59,307 nucleotides of DNA from a virus (IMGVR_UViG_3300037722_000284:1-59307); one strand, 5' to 3'; numbered from the stretch's first letter, positions 28,412-38,045 are shown. Notes: generated from the sequence alone by a model not told the origin. Numbers and translations are program-made.

Positions 28412-28903
28412 CTACTTTCTGCGCTTCTTCCGTTCCCCGACCCCGCGTAGCCTGACCATTTCGACCCGCATCCCCTCTTCGACGATCGCATGGGTCAGTT
28501 CGTCCAGGTCGAGCCGGGTGTTCGCCTGGACCCGTTTCCGCATTCGGCGCCGCTCCGTTTCGTCATACCCGCCCCAGATCCCGAACTGCTGACGGACTGA
28601 GGTAGCGAGGCATTCCCATCGGACGGGACAGACGCGGCACAGTTCGATCGCCTGAGCTTTCATGTCCGCAGCCTCGAACCGTGAACCCGTGGCCTGTGAA
28701 GAGAAGAAGACCGACCGGTTCGGGTGCTCGATGCAGGCCGCGTCTGCGCGCCAGGGTTCGTGGCTGAAGTCGTAGATGGTGAGATCGGGGTGCGGGGTAG
28801 TGACACCGTCCGTCAGCTTGATCGACCCGGACATTCGCAAGGTCAGGTTCGAGATCGGGTCTTCGACTTCGTAGCTCGGCGTGATGGGCGCTCGGTTAGC
28901 CAT
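28412..28903 (-). CDS. whiB: WhiB-family Fe-S transcription factor
   Basis: WRADAAC...CRVCPVRWEC...GIWGG..ETER. Confidence 0.93.
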   Translation of the reverse strand: MANRAPITPSYEVEDPISNLTLRMSGSIKLTDGVTTPHPDLTIYDFSHEPWRADAACIEHPNRSVFFSSQATGSRFEAADMKAQAIELCRVCPVRWECLATSVRQQFGIWGGYDETERRRMRKRVQANTRLDLDELTHAIVEEGMRVEMVRLRGVGERKKRRK

Positions 28904-28977
28904 GTGTGTCCAGAGGGTAGGGGAAAGTCTCAACTACAGGTTTAGGTCGACCTCTAGTAGAGGTCAAGGGTTGTGGG

Positions 28978-29649
28978 TCAGGTTTTCGCGAACAGCCAGA
29001 CGTGTTCGTAGGGGACGCGCGCGTCTGCGTTCTGGCCGTACCGCATCCGAGGGGTTGCGATGTCCTTCGCCCTGACGAGACTGAACCCGAGCGAGATCAG
29101 GGTCTTGCGATGCCATTCGGCCACAGGGACGATCTCGCCCGCGCGCACATGGTCCGAGATGTTCAGGATGAAGAACCCGTCGTCAGTGGTGACTCGCCTG
29201 CATTCAGCCCAGACGCGCCGATGTAGGGTCCGGTAGTTCGATCCCCATTGCATCTTCCCCGAGTTCCCGTCAGTGAGTTCGCGGCCGAGCTTGTGCCGGT
29301 ACGTGATCCTCTTCGACGCGTCTTTCGCGTCATGGTGGTCGGACATTCGGTTCCCGTAGACAGGACTGGTAATCACCCCGTCGAAGAACTTGCGCGGGAA
29401 GGGAAGGAACCGGGAGTCGCCCACGATCGTCTGCCGGTGCTGGTTCGCCCATTCGGGTTCGATCTCGACGCCGAGCGAGAGGATCCTTGGGAGTGAGTGA
29501 ACCCTCCCGATGCCCGCGAAGGGGTCGAGGACACGGAGTGGATACCGTTCCGCGTGGTAGTGCAGTCCATCCAAACATTCGACCACCGCGTCGAGCACAC
29601 GGTCCGAGAAGGTGGCCGGGTGGGGTACAGGTTTGGGATCTTCGCTCAT
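28978..29649 (-). CDS. Orphan amino-DNA methyltransferase (probably m4C)
   Basis: HPATF, VLDPFAGIG (motif I), GVEIE, ITSPVY (motif IV variant). Confidence 0.85.
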   Translation of the reverse strand: MSEDPKPVPHPATFSDRVLDAVVECLDGLHYHAERYPLRVLDPFAGIGRVHSLPRILSLGVEIEPEWANQHRQTIVGDSRFLPFPRKFFDGVITSPVYGNRMSDHHDAKDASKRITYRHKLGRELTDGNSGKMQWGSNYRTLHRRVWAECRRVTTDDGFFILNISDHVRAGEIVPVAEWHRKTLISLGFSLVRAKDIATPRMRYGQNADARVPYEHVWLFAKT

Positions 29650-29855
29650 TCCCTGGTCCGCTTCAGATACACAGTCACGATGGTTCGATCCTGAACGGCA
29701 AACACCACTTCGCTCACCCACGCGGACCCGCTGAAGAACTCAATGCAGTCCCCGACGCGCGGCACCATCGGCCAGTCCTCTTCTTCGTGATGGCGCCCAT
29801 TGGGTAACCGAGTTCCGTCTGCCATTTCTGATCGGACGTAGAAGGTCATGCTCAC
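29646..29855 (-). CDS. Hypothetical protein
   Basis: Coupled ORF; VPRVGDCI. Confidence 0.6.
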   Translation of the reverse strand: MSMTFYVRSEMADGTRLPNGRHHEEEDWPMVPRVGDCIEFFSGSAWVSEVVFAVQDRTIVTVYLKRTRE

Positions 29856-30127
29856 CAGACCCGCTCCCCCGTCTCGTCGTCAACCACGCTCATCTCGACA
29901 TCAATCATCTTTCCCGGCTTGTCCGCGGTCACCGGGAACACGTCACGGACGATCTCGCGGATGGCGTCGATCACCGCACGTTGAATCTCCCTCGTCTTCT
30001 CCCCACCGGCCAACATCTCATACGTCCCGTACGTGACCTCGGGCAGCCAAATCGACACTTCCGCGCCCATCCCTTTGCTGCCCCATTTGGCTGTCAACTT
30101 GCGAACCTTCATCCCATCTCCGTTCAT
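29852..30127 (-). CDS. Hypothetical protein
   Basis: Coupled ORF in leftward operon. Confidence 0.6.
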   Translation of the reverse strand: MNGDGMKVRKLTAKWGSKGMGAEVSIWLPEVTYGTYEMLAGGEKTREIQRAVIDAIREIVRDVFPVTADKPGKMIDVEMSVVDDETGERVW

Positions 30128-30492
30128 CCTTCAGTCCTGTCCACCTGCGCGAACGCACTCCGGTCATAGAACGCAGCCTTGTAGAACACGCTCCCTCGGC
30201 GGGCGCCAGTTTCATCCACGATCTCTGACCACATGCTGTGATCGGACGGGACCAGGCGCCACCCTTCGGGGAATTCCGCGTTACAGAACAGCGGATCGTC
30301 TGGGAGCGGGTCGCTGAACACGAAGCCAAGTGCCTCGAAATCCCCTTCCCGTTCGGTCGGGAACTGCGCACTGGCGACCAACTCTCGTTGCCCTCGCGCC
30401 TCCATGTTCTCGATGTAGTTGCCCTGGCCTTCCACCATGATCCCGGCCATGTGGTCGATTGGATTTCGGTTGCTCGTGTTTTCGACTGTCAT
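30124..30492 (-). CDS. Conserved-looking phage hypothetical protein
   Basis: IENMEARGQRELV...PEGW...DHSMWS...FYKAAFYDR. Confidence 0.7.
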   Translation of the reverse strand: MTVENTSNRNPIDHMAGIMVEGQGNYIENMEARGQRELVASAQFPTEREGDFEALGFVFSDPLPDDPLFCNAEFPEGWRLVPSDHSMWSEIVDETGARRGSVFYKAAFYDRSAFAQVDRTEG

Positions 30493-30674
30493 TTCCCATC
30501 CCCCGAATTCGCCAGATGGAACGCCCCACACTGGTAGCAGAACACGGCGTCCATCTTTTTGCCATGCGTCTCGTAGACCCGCTTCTGCGCCCACTTTGCC
30601 TCAGATGGCGACCTGTATCGGAGCTTCCCGGTCAGACATCTCCCTCGCTTCAGTTTCCGTCCGAACTTACCCAT
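30489..30674 (-). CDS. Small basic Zn-finger-like protein
   Basis: CLTGKLRY...CYQCGAFHL. Confidence 0.65.
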   Translation of the reverse strand: MGKFGRKLKRGRCLTGKLRYRSPSEAKWAQKRVYETHGKKMDAVFCYQCGAFHLANSGDGK

Positions 30675-31653
30675 AGATGATCTCCCCTCCCATCTCGGCT
30701 TTCACGTAGTGCAGCCGCCTCAGATCGTCCGCCGACCATCCGTGCTCCCGTTTCGCTCCCGCCTCACCGATCCGGGTCAGTTCCTCCAGCGTGTAACGCG
30801 GGACCGAGTCCAACTGTCTCGGGGGCTTCTTGCGCGAGTATTCATTGACGACCACGATCTGACTCCTGAGCGTCTTCGAGTCGACGAGAGCCCAACCTTG
30901 CTTCTTCATCTTCTCTTCAAGACTCCCCGCGTCCGCGTCCCCGAGCTTCACCACGTCGACCCACTTGTTCGGCTTCGGGAACATGGTGGATCCTTTTCTG
31001 ATAGCCAGGGCGAGCACGATGGCGTTCACCAAGACATCGGTGAAGTCATCAGGGTTGCGCGCCACGAACGCCGGGTGATAGCTCGCAACCCAGATCCGCC
31101 CGTCCGACCAGAACGGCTTGTCGAGGTATCGCTTCACCTTGACCTCGTTACGCCCGACACCCATGACTGCCGCGATCGCGTACCCCCCGAGGGCGACACC
31201 GACGAAGGTTCCAGCGAGGTTCATCTGGGCCTCGAAGTTGGGTCGACAGGCGGCAAGCTCGCCGGGCTCGGGATCTCGGTTGTTCGGTGGGCGGCAACAG
31301 AGGGTGTTCGCGATGAACACTTTGTCACGGCTCGTGCCTGCCATCGTGAGGGCGTAGTTCAGCATCTTGCCCGACTTCCCCACGAACGGCTCGCCGGACC
31401 GATCCTCGTAGAACCCAGGCGCTTCTCCGACGACGGAAATGTCCGCGCGACCGTGGGTTGGGCCGACGTAGGGGACCGCGCGGGTCCGAGTTCGGTTGAG
31501 ATCGCACGCACGGCAGGAGACGATCGACGACCTGATCGAGACTGCCTGGGCCTGTTCCTTCTCGCGAACCTTCTTGGCTCTGAACGCGGCGACGATCTTG
31601 GGGCGCGCGGAGGGGGGCGCCTTCGCGAGAAGATCGGGAAGACTTACGCCCAT
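30667..31653 (-). CDS. udg: Uracil-DNA glycosylase family 4 (Fe-S) with C-terminal extra domain
   Basis: CRACDL, VGEAPG..ED..GEPFVG, NTLCCRPPNNRDP, YHPA. Confidence 0.92.
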   Translation of the reverse strand: MGVSLPDLLAKAPPSARPKIVAAFRAKKVREKEQAQAVSIRSSIVSCRACDLNRTRTRAVPYVGPTHGRADISVVGEAPGFYEDRSGEPFVGKSGKMLNYALTMAGTSRDKVFIANTLCCRPPNNRDPEPGELAACRPNFEAQMNLAGTFVGVALGGYAIAAVMGVGRNEVKVKRYLDKPFWSDGRIWVASYHPAFVARNPDDFTDVLVNAIVLALAIRKGSTMFPKPNKWVDVVKLGDADAGSLEEKMKKQGWALVDSKTLRSQIVVVNEYSRKKPPRQLDSVPRYTLEELTRIGEAGAKREHGWSADDLRRLHYVKAEMGGEIIYG

Positions 31654-31946
31654 TTGGGCACCCACTCGTCTTCGCCACAAAGCTCCCGCACTCTCGCCTC
31701 GTCCCCCAGTACCCGGACTTTGATCTTGAACGACTCTCCGTCTTCGGAGTCGACGACGTTGATCGCATTCCCCGGTAGGCGTTCGTAGATGACCGCGCCG
31801 ACAAACTCCCCGGTGGTTTCGTCCACCACCACGCATCTCACGTCTTCGAGGTCAATGTCGCAGCTTTCCAGGGCGTACTTGATATGTGCCTGCTCGGGTT
31901 CGGACATAGCCGCGAAGACGAGGTAGTCGACAAGAAGGTCAGACAT
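31644..31946 (-). CDS. Hypothetical protein
   Basis: Coupled ORF. Confidence 0.6.
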   Translation of the reverse strand: MSDLLVDYLVFAAMSEPEQAHIKYALESCDIDLEDVRCVVVDETTGEFVGAVIYERLPGNAINVVDSEDGESFKIKVRVLGDEARVRELCGEDEWVPKWA

Positions 31947-32166
31947 CGCGCCCCCACTTCAGCTTGGAGAAGAACGACGGAAACTCCAATGAGTTCTTGT
32001 GTTCCTCCACCCACGCTCGTTGGCGCAGATGGCTTTCTTCCAAGCTCCGGTGCAACTCCCGCGCGTCGCGGCGATCCAAGTGCCATCTCGTGACGAGGAA
32101 CGTCAGGACGAACGCGGCCGCGAACCCCACGAACGCGGCCGCGAACCCTATGGCTAGCTCAAACAT
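31939..32166 (-). CDS. Membrane-anchored hypothetical protein
   Basis: N-terminal TM containing a GFAAAFV duplication. Confidence 0.6.
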   Translation of the reverse strand: MFELAIGFAAAFVGFAAAFVLTFLVTRWHLDRRDARELHRSLEESHLRQRAWVEEHKNSLEFPSFFSKLKWGRDV

Positions 32167-32467
32167 GAGGCGGGATCTTCCCCAAGAACCGCTCCATCGC
32201 GGCAACATTCCCAGCGTATTCCACCACAGCGTCGTTCCCCTCGACCACGATCTTGCCTTCGTCGTCGCGAACGTACATGATCGCCCCGACGAAGAACCCG
32301 AACGGACCGAAGCGGCGGATCACAAACGAGTGCATATGGCTCGTAGTCAGTTTGTGCCACGGGAACCTTTTGCCCCACTTGTCCCGCATGTCGTCGTCCC
32401 AGCGGACACCGCGTGAGTCAACGAAATGACCCCACCAGATGTCGCGTGTGATGTGTTCAAGTGCCAT
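32159..32467 (-). CDS. Hypothetical protein
   Basis: Coupled ORF. Confidence 0.6.
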   Translation of the reverse strand: MALEHITRDIWWGHFVDSRGVRWDDDMRDKWGKRFPWHKLTTSHMHSFVIRRFGPFGFFVGAIMYVRDDEGKIVVEGNDAVVEYAGNVAAMERFLGKIPPHV

Positions 32468-33116
32468 CGCTATCTCCCAACGCTCCGATCATCCGCTTCG
32501 CCTTTTCTTTCCCGATCCCTCGTACTTTCAACAGATCCTCCAATGTGATCGTCCACTTCAGCGGCAGTCCCAGTTCTCCATACATTCTCCCCGCAAGCTC
32601 CGGGCCAACCCCAGGGAAACTCTGCCAGATGTGTGACCCAAACGCGGCGTCATCGACCTTGCCCCACGAGTTCCTCTTCGGATTAGGCCGCGACCGCAAA
32701 CTCCCATGCCGCTCCTTCTCGGCCCAGGACTCCAAGCTGGTCAACAACCCGATCGTTTCCTTCATGCTCGCCACTTGGAAGACCTCGATGTTGTGCTCGA
32801 CGGAGAGTGACCAGATCAGTCCGTGTAGCTGATCCTTCGTGAAATGCGCCCGGTCGATCAGCACCCCGTCGTCAGTCCAAGTGCCGAACCCTTCGAGGAT
32901 CACGATGGCTTTGTCCAGTGCGACCATCTGGTTCACCTGTTGGTAGAGGCGACCGTCGTGAAGCGACGAGGTCAGGTCTTGCGGGAACGCTTTGCGCTGG
33001 ACGCCGAACCGACGACCGCGCGCGACAACCATGAAGTCGCAGCCGAACTTTTCAGGCAACGAGGACACTTTGCCGAGTTGGTTCAGAGGCGGGCGCTCGG
33101 TCGGGGAGACGAGCAT
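32457..33116 (-). CDS. ERCC4/XPF-family nuclease with HhH motifs
   Basis: GCDF...GVQRK...DL..SLHDGRL..Q, VILEG; FPGVGPELA and VRGIGKEKA HhH pairs. Confidence 0.85.
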   Translation of the reverse strand: MLVSPTERPPLNQLGKVSSLPEKFGCDFMVVARGRRFGVQRKAFPQDLTSSLHDGRLYQQVNQMVALDKAIVILEGFGTWTDDGVLIDRAHFTKDQLHGLIWSLSVEHNIEVFQVASMKETIGLLTSLESWAEKERHGSLRSRPNPKRNSWGKVDDAAFGSHIWQSFPGVGPELAGRMYGELGLPLKWTITLEDLLKVRGIGKEKAKRMIGALGDSDGT

Positions 33117-33311
33117 TCAGGATCCCTCGACAGGCGGGGTGAGTTCCTCGACCTCGACCTCTGGCTCGAAGAAGATCTCGGGCCACCGACGCCCTTGTGA
33201 CATCGGAGCACGGAACCCGTCCAACTCCGGTTCCGTCCATCCGATCACGCCTGGGATGAGGGGAGCTTGGAAGTACCGATCCCCGACCTTTGCGATCACC
33301 CCTGCTCTCAT
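33117..33311 (-). CDS. Hypothetical protein
   Basis: Coupled ORF. Confidence 0.5.
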   Translation of the reverse strand: MRAGVIAKVGDRYFQAPLIPGVIGWTEPELDGFRAPMSQGRRWPEIFFEPEVEVEELTPPVEGS

Positions 33312-33523
33312 GGCTGAACCTGAATCCAGGCCATGTCGCGGGAGAAGTGAATGGCACCCTCAACCGGAAGACAGACGACGCGGTCGGCATGGTGTGGGAT
33401 CCCCATTCGGTTCACCAGTTCTTGTGCGCCTTGTACGTTTACCGGGTTAACGGCCCAGGTCCGATTGTCCGCGACTTCCCATTTTCCTTCAACTCGGTAG
33501 AGCACATAGAAGGTTTCGTTCAT
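33308..33523 (-). CDS. Hypothetical protein
   Basis: ATGA-coupled ORF. Confidence 0.55.
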   Translation of the reverse strand: MNETFYVLYRVEGKWEVADNRTWAVNPVNVQGAQELVNRMGIPHHADRVVCLPVEGAIHFSRDMAWIQVQP

Positions 33524-34398
33524 CGCAGGGTCCAATCCGCGAACGGCATCAGATAGTCCTTCACGAACGCCATCGGGGAGTTACTCACCGGGATGCTCAA
33601 CCCGCTCCCGCCGCGCTCTTCCCAGATCGCCTCCCGCCCTCGGTCCTTGATGACCGACAGCGACCGTTCTTTCACACTCACGCGCCTACCACTCCGGTCC
33701 AGCACACGCTCGGCCCTCAGCACCGTGTGGAACCGGTGGGCCTGTTGCTTCTGTCCTCTGGCTCCGATTCCGCCTGTGTTGGCGTACACCCCTCTCAGCG
33801 TCCCATCTCGGTCGTTGAAGTCCGTGAACTCGGTTTCTGCGGCCAGGGCGATCACATGACAGAACGTGGTCTGGGTGAACATCTTCTCCCACGAGAGATA
33901 CGACTTCGAGATGTATTGCCAGTCGATCCCCTCGAACTCGCCGAATCGTTTGTCTTTCGCGTTCTCGTCGGCCTTCTTCTTCTCAACCAATTCTGCTCGG
34001 ATCTGCGACCAGTAGCTCGCCCCACTCGATCCGTACACCCGCTCCATCCACCAGGGCGACATCGAGTCCCACACGTTTGACTGCATGTCGACGATCAGCC
34101 AGTCGTCCGGGTCGGCCTCAGCCTTGGCACGCTCAGTGAACTCCACCGTTTCCTCAAACGCGGTGCCAGATGAGGGCCTGAAAAGCTCAACCGCGTCGCG
34201 AATGTGTGCGAACTGACCGCGCGGCCCCATCATCCGCCGCGTCGTGTTGTCGTTGTCGATCACCCAGAATCGAGTATCCGCCTTCGTCTTCACCGCCATG
34301 TGGGCGACACTCATCCACAGGTGGGTCTTCCCGGCGTCAGTCCCCCCGTAAATCAGGAACTTCTCAAAGTCCGCGTCGTCAGGGGCGTGTAATGGCAT
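33520..34398 (-). CDS. P-loop ATPase (AAA_24/Sak4/RecA-like recombination protein)
   Basis: LIYGGTDAGKT Walker A; WLIVD Walker B; near exonuclease. Confidence 0.75.
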   Translation of the reverse strand: MPLHAPDDADFEKFLIYGGTDAGKTHLWMSVAHMAVKTKADTRFWVIDNDNTTRRMMGPRGQFAHIRDAVELFRPSSGTAFEETVEFTERAKAEADPDDWLIVDMQSNVWDSMSPWWMERVYGSSGASYWSQIRAELVEKKKADENAKDKRFGEFEGIDWQYISKSYLSWEKMFTQTTFCHVIALAAETEFTDFNDRDGTLRGVYANTGGIGARGQKQQAHRFHTVLRAERVLDRSGRRVSVKERSLSVIKDRGREAIWEERGGSGLSIPVSNSPMAFVKDYLMPFADWTLR

Positions 34399-34642
34399 CG
34401 GTCTTTCCCATCATCTCGGTCCTTTGATCTTTCAGCTTCCACAAGAGGTCCGTTGCCTCTCGGATGAATTGAGCGAGTCGGTCGATCGCCTGGTCGATGT
34501 CAACGAAGGTGGCGTACCCGGTAGAAGGCACCCCGCCGCCGATGTCCCAGTCACTGCATTGGTGGGGCAGGAACACTCGCACCTTCTCACCCACCCACTC
34601 GGCCTCGAACTCGAACGGGGGGTAGTTTTCAGAATCGGCCAT
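34379..34642 (-). CDS. Hypothetical protein
   Basis: ORF in leftward operon. Confidence 0.55.
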   Translation of the reverse strand: MADSENYPPFEFEAEWVGEKVRVFLPHQCSDWDIGGGVPSTGYATFVDIDQAIDRLAQFIREATDLLWKLKDQRTEMMGKTDAITRP

Positions 34643-34645
34643 CGT

Positions 34646-34846
34646 TCATCTCTTCCTATCAGCGGCTTCTTCGAGCCGTAGTTCAAACGCGCACATCAAA
34701 TGGAACTGCGGGTATTCGTTGCCGACCTCGACATCGTTGTCGCAGTACGGGCATGTGCCGGTGTACCCGCAGTCGCCGCATTCGCCGTCTTGGAATAACA
34801 ACAGGTCGCACCAGGGGCAGCGAGTGAGGTTCTGCCCGTCGCTCAT
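34646..34846 (-). CDS. Small multi-CxxC zinc-ribbon protein
   Basis: CPWC, CGDC, CPYC, HLMC. Confidence 0.65.
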   Translation of the reverse strand: MSDGQNLTRCPWCDLLLFQDGECGDCGYTGTCPYCDNDVEVGNEYPQFHLMCAFELRLEEAADRKR

Positions 34847-35136
34847 TTCTCTTCCTCGAATTCGCCCCTAAAGTCGGCGTCCCTCACGATGAAGAAACCA
34901 CCTGGCACTTCACGCAGAACCCAGTCACCAGGGTTGGCCGTTTGCCGCTCTCCCTGCGTAGTGACGATGTTCAGCACCGTTTCGTCGCCCGTGCCCCCGC
35001 CGAAATGATCAAACTCGATCCCTGCGTCGTGCAACCAACTCCACATGAACCCGGCTGACCCCAAGTCCCCTGGGGTCCACTGGACTGCGAGGACTGGCGG
35101 CGGGGGCTTGCGGCGATACCATCCTGGCCCTCTCAT
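34843..35136 (-). CDS. Conserved-looking phage hypothetical protein
   Basis: YRRKP..VLAVQWT...ANPGDWVL...DFRGEFE pattern. Confidence 0.7.
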   Translation of the reverse strand: MRGPGWYRRKPPPPVLAVQWTPGDLGSAGFMWSWLHDAGIEFDHFGGGTGDETVLNIVTTQGERQTANPGDWVLREVPGGFFIVRDADFRGEFEEEK

Positions 35137-36164
35137 TTCTCTTCCCTCACGATCAGGTACTCGTAGCTGTATTCCTTCATGTATGAATCCACTTTCGCGT
35201 CCCCCAACTCGGCCCTTGCCTTCGCCTCGTCGAACGTCTTCCCGCCCCCTGGCGTCCTCGTCACCACGAACTTTTGACCGTTCACGTACGCGCGTACTTG
35301 CTTCCCCGAGATCATGTTGAGTAGCTCTTTCTGGACGCCCTTGCGCGCCGACTCGGCGGACTTCCCTTCCGCCTCTGTCTCTTTGAAGGTCAGGAACCGT
35401 TCGGTCAGCCGGTCCACGATCGCCTGCTCGTCGTCGTTGAGTTCGTCTGGCTTCAACTCAGGCTGGTCTTCGTCGTGCAGGTAGAAGAACGGACACCCGT
35501 ATGTGTTCGTGTCGCACGCCGGGTACTCAGTCCCGCGTTTGGCCTCATTCCGGCGCCGGTACTTTTCAGCCAGCACGATCTTTTGTCTGATCGTCTTGAA
35601 CTCCATTGGGGGAGTCTCTAAGCGATCGACCAGCAACAACCCGTCCTCGCGCCTCTTGACCGCGTACAGGAACGGGAGCCCGGTCGCTTCCATGTAGCTC
35701 GTGATCTGCGCGGAGTAATACGGGAAGGCACCGAACCGCTGGTTCATCCATTTCGCGAACTGTTTCGTCGACATGGATTTGACCTCGACGCCGTGCTCGA
35801 CGCCGGAGTAATCGCCAGGAGGGGACCATTGCCCGCCCTCGTAGGTGAACCCGCTCGGGGCCACCGCGCGCCCGTCTGTGTGGCCGCGGATAATCACCCC
35901 AGGAATGACCTTGACCGTGACGAGATCCTGGGTCGAGATGAAGGTCCAGCCGATCTCTTTCATCAAATCGGTGACCGCGCCTTCGTGGAGGTTGCCTTCC
36001 TCCGCGGACCGGTCCATCAACTCTTGCCGGTCCTTCGCCCGGACCTCCTGCTCGCCCATCGCGGACGCGACCAACGCGCGGACACACGATCCGGTTGAGG
36101 ACGCGCGGTACACCATCGCGTCGACTGTCTCGTCGAAGTAGACGGACGGGCGGTTATCGGCCAT
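35133..36164 (-). CDS. PD-(D/E)xK exonuclease (Cas4/YqaJ-like)
   Basis: RASSTGSC, GNLHE, GHTDG, VEVKS, QITSYM, C-terminal C..CPF. Confidence 0.8.
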   Translation of the reverse strand: MADNRPSVYFDETVDAMVYRASSTGSCVRALVASAMGEQEVRAKDRQELMDRSAEEGNLHEGAVTDLMKEIGWTFISTQDLVTVKVIPGVIIRGHTDGRAVAPSGFTYEGGQWSPPGDYSGVEHGVEVKSMSTKQFAKWMNQRFGAFPYYSAQITSYMEATGLPFLYAVKRREDGLLLVDRLETPPMEFKTIRQKIVLAEKYRRRNEAKRGTEYPACDTNTYGCPFFYLHDEDQPELKPDELNDDEQAIVDRLTERFLTFKETEAEGKSAESARKGVQKELLNMISGKQVRAYVNGQKFVVTRTPGGGKTFDEAKARAELGDAKVDSYMKEYSYEYLIVREEK

Positions 36165-36432
36165 CGAGCACCCTTTCATTGAGCGCCCTCTGCGCGTCCA
36201 GCATCGCTACCTTCTCGTCTTTGAGCGTGTCCTGGTCGATGCCGAAATAGAGCGCCAGGACATCTCGCATCTTCGGGCGAATCGGCATCATGCAAGTTTC
36301 TTCCCACTCGGCTAGATGCCATCCCCGTTCTTCGCACCACACGAGGAAGTCCCCGATTTCCTGGGAAAGCTCAGAGCACATGGCGAGCTTCTCGTGCTCG
36401 GGATACTTATTCATCGGTTCTTGTTCCTTCAT
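36154..36432 (-). CDS. Hypothetical protein
   Basis: YPEHEKL..SQEIGDFL..LALYFGID. Confidence 0.65.
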   Translation of the reverse strand: MKEQEPMNKYPEHEKLAMCSELSQEIGDFLVWCEERGWHLAEWEETCMMPIRPKMRDVLALYFGIDQDTLKDEKVAMLDAQRALNERVLDGR

Positions 36433-36899
36433 TTCCCTGTTCCCAACTGAGGCAGGAACGAAGGCATCTGCCCTGTCCGATACGCCTCTTCCAGTTGCGG
36501 CCGCAACCACATGCCAGCAGTCGTCCCATCGGGCAAGACGATGTGCGCGAGGAACTCGCTCTCGAATTCGGTGATCCCGGCTTCGACCGCTTCGAGCTTG
36601 GCCTTGATGACCAACGACAGAGCACGCCACCGTTGCCGCGTCGCCTGCTCCCATGCCTTCTGCTGGTCCTCTTTCGACCTCTCGTACCTTTTGGCCGGGG
36701 TGAACTTGAACTCAGGCGAGTCTCTGTCGGGCATCTCGATCCGAAACTCCACGAACCGATCCTCCATGCGGAAGCGGACTATCGCAACTGGGCCATTCCA
36801 CCCGTACATGAACCCATCGGCTCCATACTTCACCAACGTGGACTCGATCTCGGCTCGTGACTTCTCAGCCGAAACGCTGGTCTGCTCCGCGTATGGCAT
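36429..36899 (-). CDS. Conserved phage hypothetical protein
   Basis: YAEQTSVSAEKSRAEIE...RQRWRAL.LVIKAKLEAV..GI..FE.EFLAHI. Confidence 0.8.
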   Translation of the reverse strand: MPYAEQTSVSAEKSRAEIESTLVKYGADGFMYGWNGPVAIVRFRMEDRFVEFRIEMPDRDSPEFKFTPAKRYERSKEDQQKAWEQATRQRWRALSLVIKAKLEAVEAGITEFESEFLAHIVLPDGTTAGMWLRPQLEEAYRTGQMPSFLPQLGTGK

Positions 36900-37105
36900 C
36901 AGGGGGCGACCATGATCTCAGAACAGTATGCCTCAACCACCCCGTGCGCCCCCATTGCCTCCACGGGCGTCGCGGGAGTGACGCGCCTCAGCGCAATCGT
37001 GTCGGACAGCCACCAGATCGGGCCTTCGTAGACGAGCACGCGGATCACCTTGCCACGCTTCGTGTTCTTCTCCGCATCAATCATCTCGTTCATCTCATCT
37101 CCCAT
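36899..37105 (-). CDS. Hypothetical protein
   Basis: Coupled ORF. Confidence 0.5.
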   Translation of the reverse strand: MGDEMNEMIDAEKNTKRGKVIRVLVYEGPIWWLSDTIALRRVTPATPVEAMGAHGVVEAYCSEIMVAP

Positions 37106-37116
37106 CTAGGCCAATA

Positions 37117-37160
37117 GGGGGAGAGAGCACGGAGACGCGAATACCCGCGCCCTCTCCCCC
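37117..37160 (-). terminator. Hairpin after gene 37194-37967
   Basis: GGGGGAGAG/CTCTCCCCC arms. Confidence 0.55.
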
Positions 37161-37193
37161 CGGCCTGATCGTCAGCCTCTCAGCCCAACCCGC

Positions 37194-37967
37194 TCAGTGA
37201 GCCTCGGCCCAGATGTCGTCTTCGTCGAGTGCCGCGTTGGCGACTTCCTCGTCGGCTTCCAACTCCGCAGTACGCGGGAACACGTCCTCGTCGTAGATGT
37301 CGGCGATGAACGAATCGAAGTCTTCTTCCTCGTACTCGCCAGCGAGCGCAACCAAGGCGGTCCGCAGGTCGACCTCTGCCGCCTTCTTGGCCCGACCACG
37401 CGTCGCAGCAGGTTTCGCCGCGGCAGGCTTATCCGCAGGCTTCGCAGCAGCCTTCCCTCGTGCGGGCTTCTTGGCGGGCGCCTCGTCGGCGTCGTCGATC
37501 TCGCCCAGGTACTCGACGGGCTTCACGTAGGAATACTCGATCTTCTCCCCATCGCGCGTGAACGAACTCTGGACCCGCTCCAAGCGGAACCGCAGATTCT
37601 TCCAGACCTCGGCTTCGTATGCCTCGCCGCGAGACTCCAACAGTTCGAGCAGTTTGTCTCCACCGGACTCGACTGCCCCGTCGATGAACCGACCGAACGC
37701 CGAGTTCTTGTTGAACTGGCCCTTGCCTGACTTGTTTTTGACGGCCTCACCCGACTTGGACACTTCCCAGTCGTTGCCGCAGGACAGGTACAGCGTGTGC
37801 TGCTCATCCACGTCGCCGGATTCGAGGTCGACCATCCGACCGCGGATGACCGCGTTGATCCGGTCTGCCGCCTGCTCCGAGTTCGGGTTTTTCCCGAACC
37901 AGAACTCTTCGATGTCCTGCTCGAAATTGTCGGGCAGGCCGCTACTCGTCTTGAAAGACGATGCCAT
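37194..37967 (-). CDS. Hypothetical protein, possible ssDNA-binding protein
   Basis: Beta-rich N domain, PAK-rich linker, very acidic C-terminus; AGGAG RBS and own terminator. Confidence 0.5.
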   Translation of the reverse strand: MASSFKTSSGLPDNFEQDIEEFWFGKNPNSEQAADRINAVIRGRMVDLESGDVDEQHTLYLSCGNDWEVSKSGEAVKNKSGKGQFNKNSAFGRFIDGAVESGGDKLLELLESRGEAYEAEVWKNLRFRLERVQSSFTRDGEKIEYSYVKPVEYLGEIDDADEAPAKKPARGKAAAKPADKPAAAKPAATRGRAKKAAEVDLRTALVALAGEYEEEDFDSFIADIYDEDVFPRTAELEADEEVANAALDEDDIWAEAH

Positions 37968-38045
37968 GTGCTCTCCTATCTAGGTCGAGATGAGGGTTCT
38001 TCCCCCATCCCACAACTTGCCCGATCAGCGGGCGGATCCTGTCGG

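Noticed and set aside
30709-31788. Long antisense or alternate-frame ORFs (also 40025-41008, 12746-13672, 24674-25723, 20144-21037, 18271-19218)
   Set aside because: Shadow ORFs of well-supported genes, expected in high-GC DNA; no RBS or motifs
35133-36164. Cas4 as part of a CRISPR system
   Set aside because: Solo PD-(D/E)xK nuclease in a recombination module, common in phages
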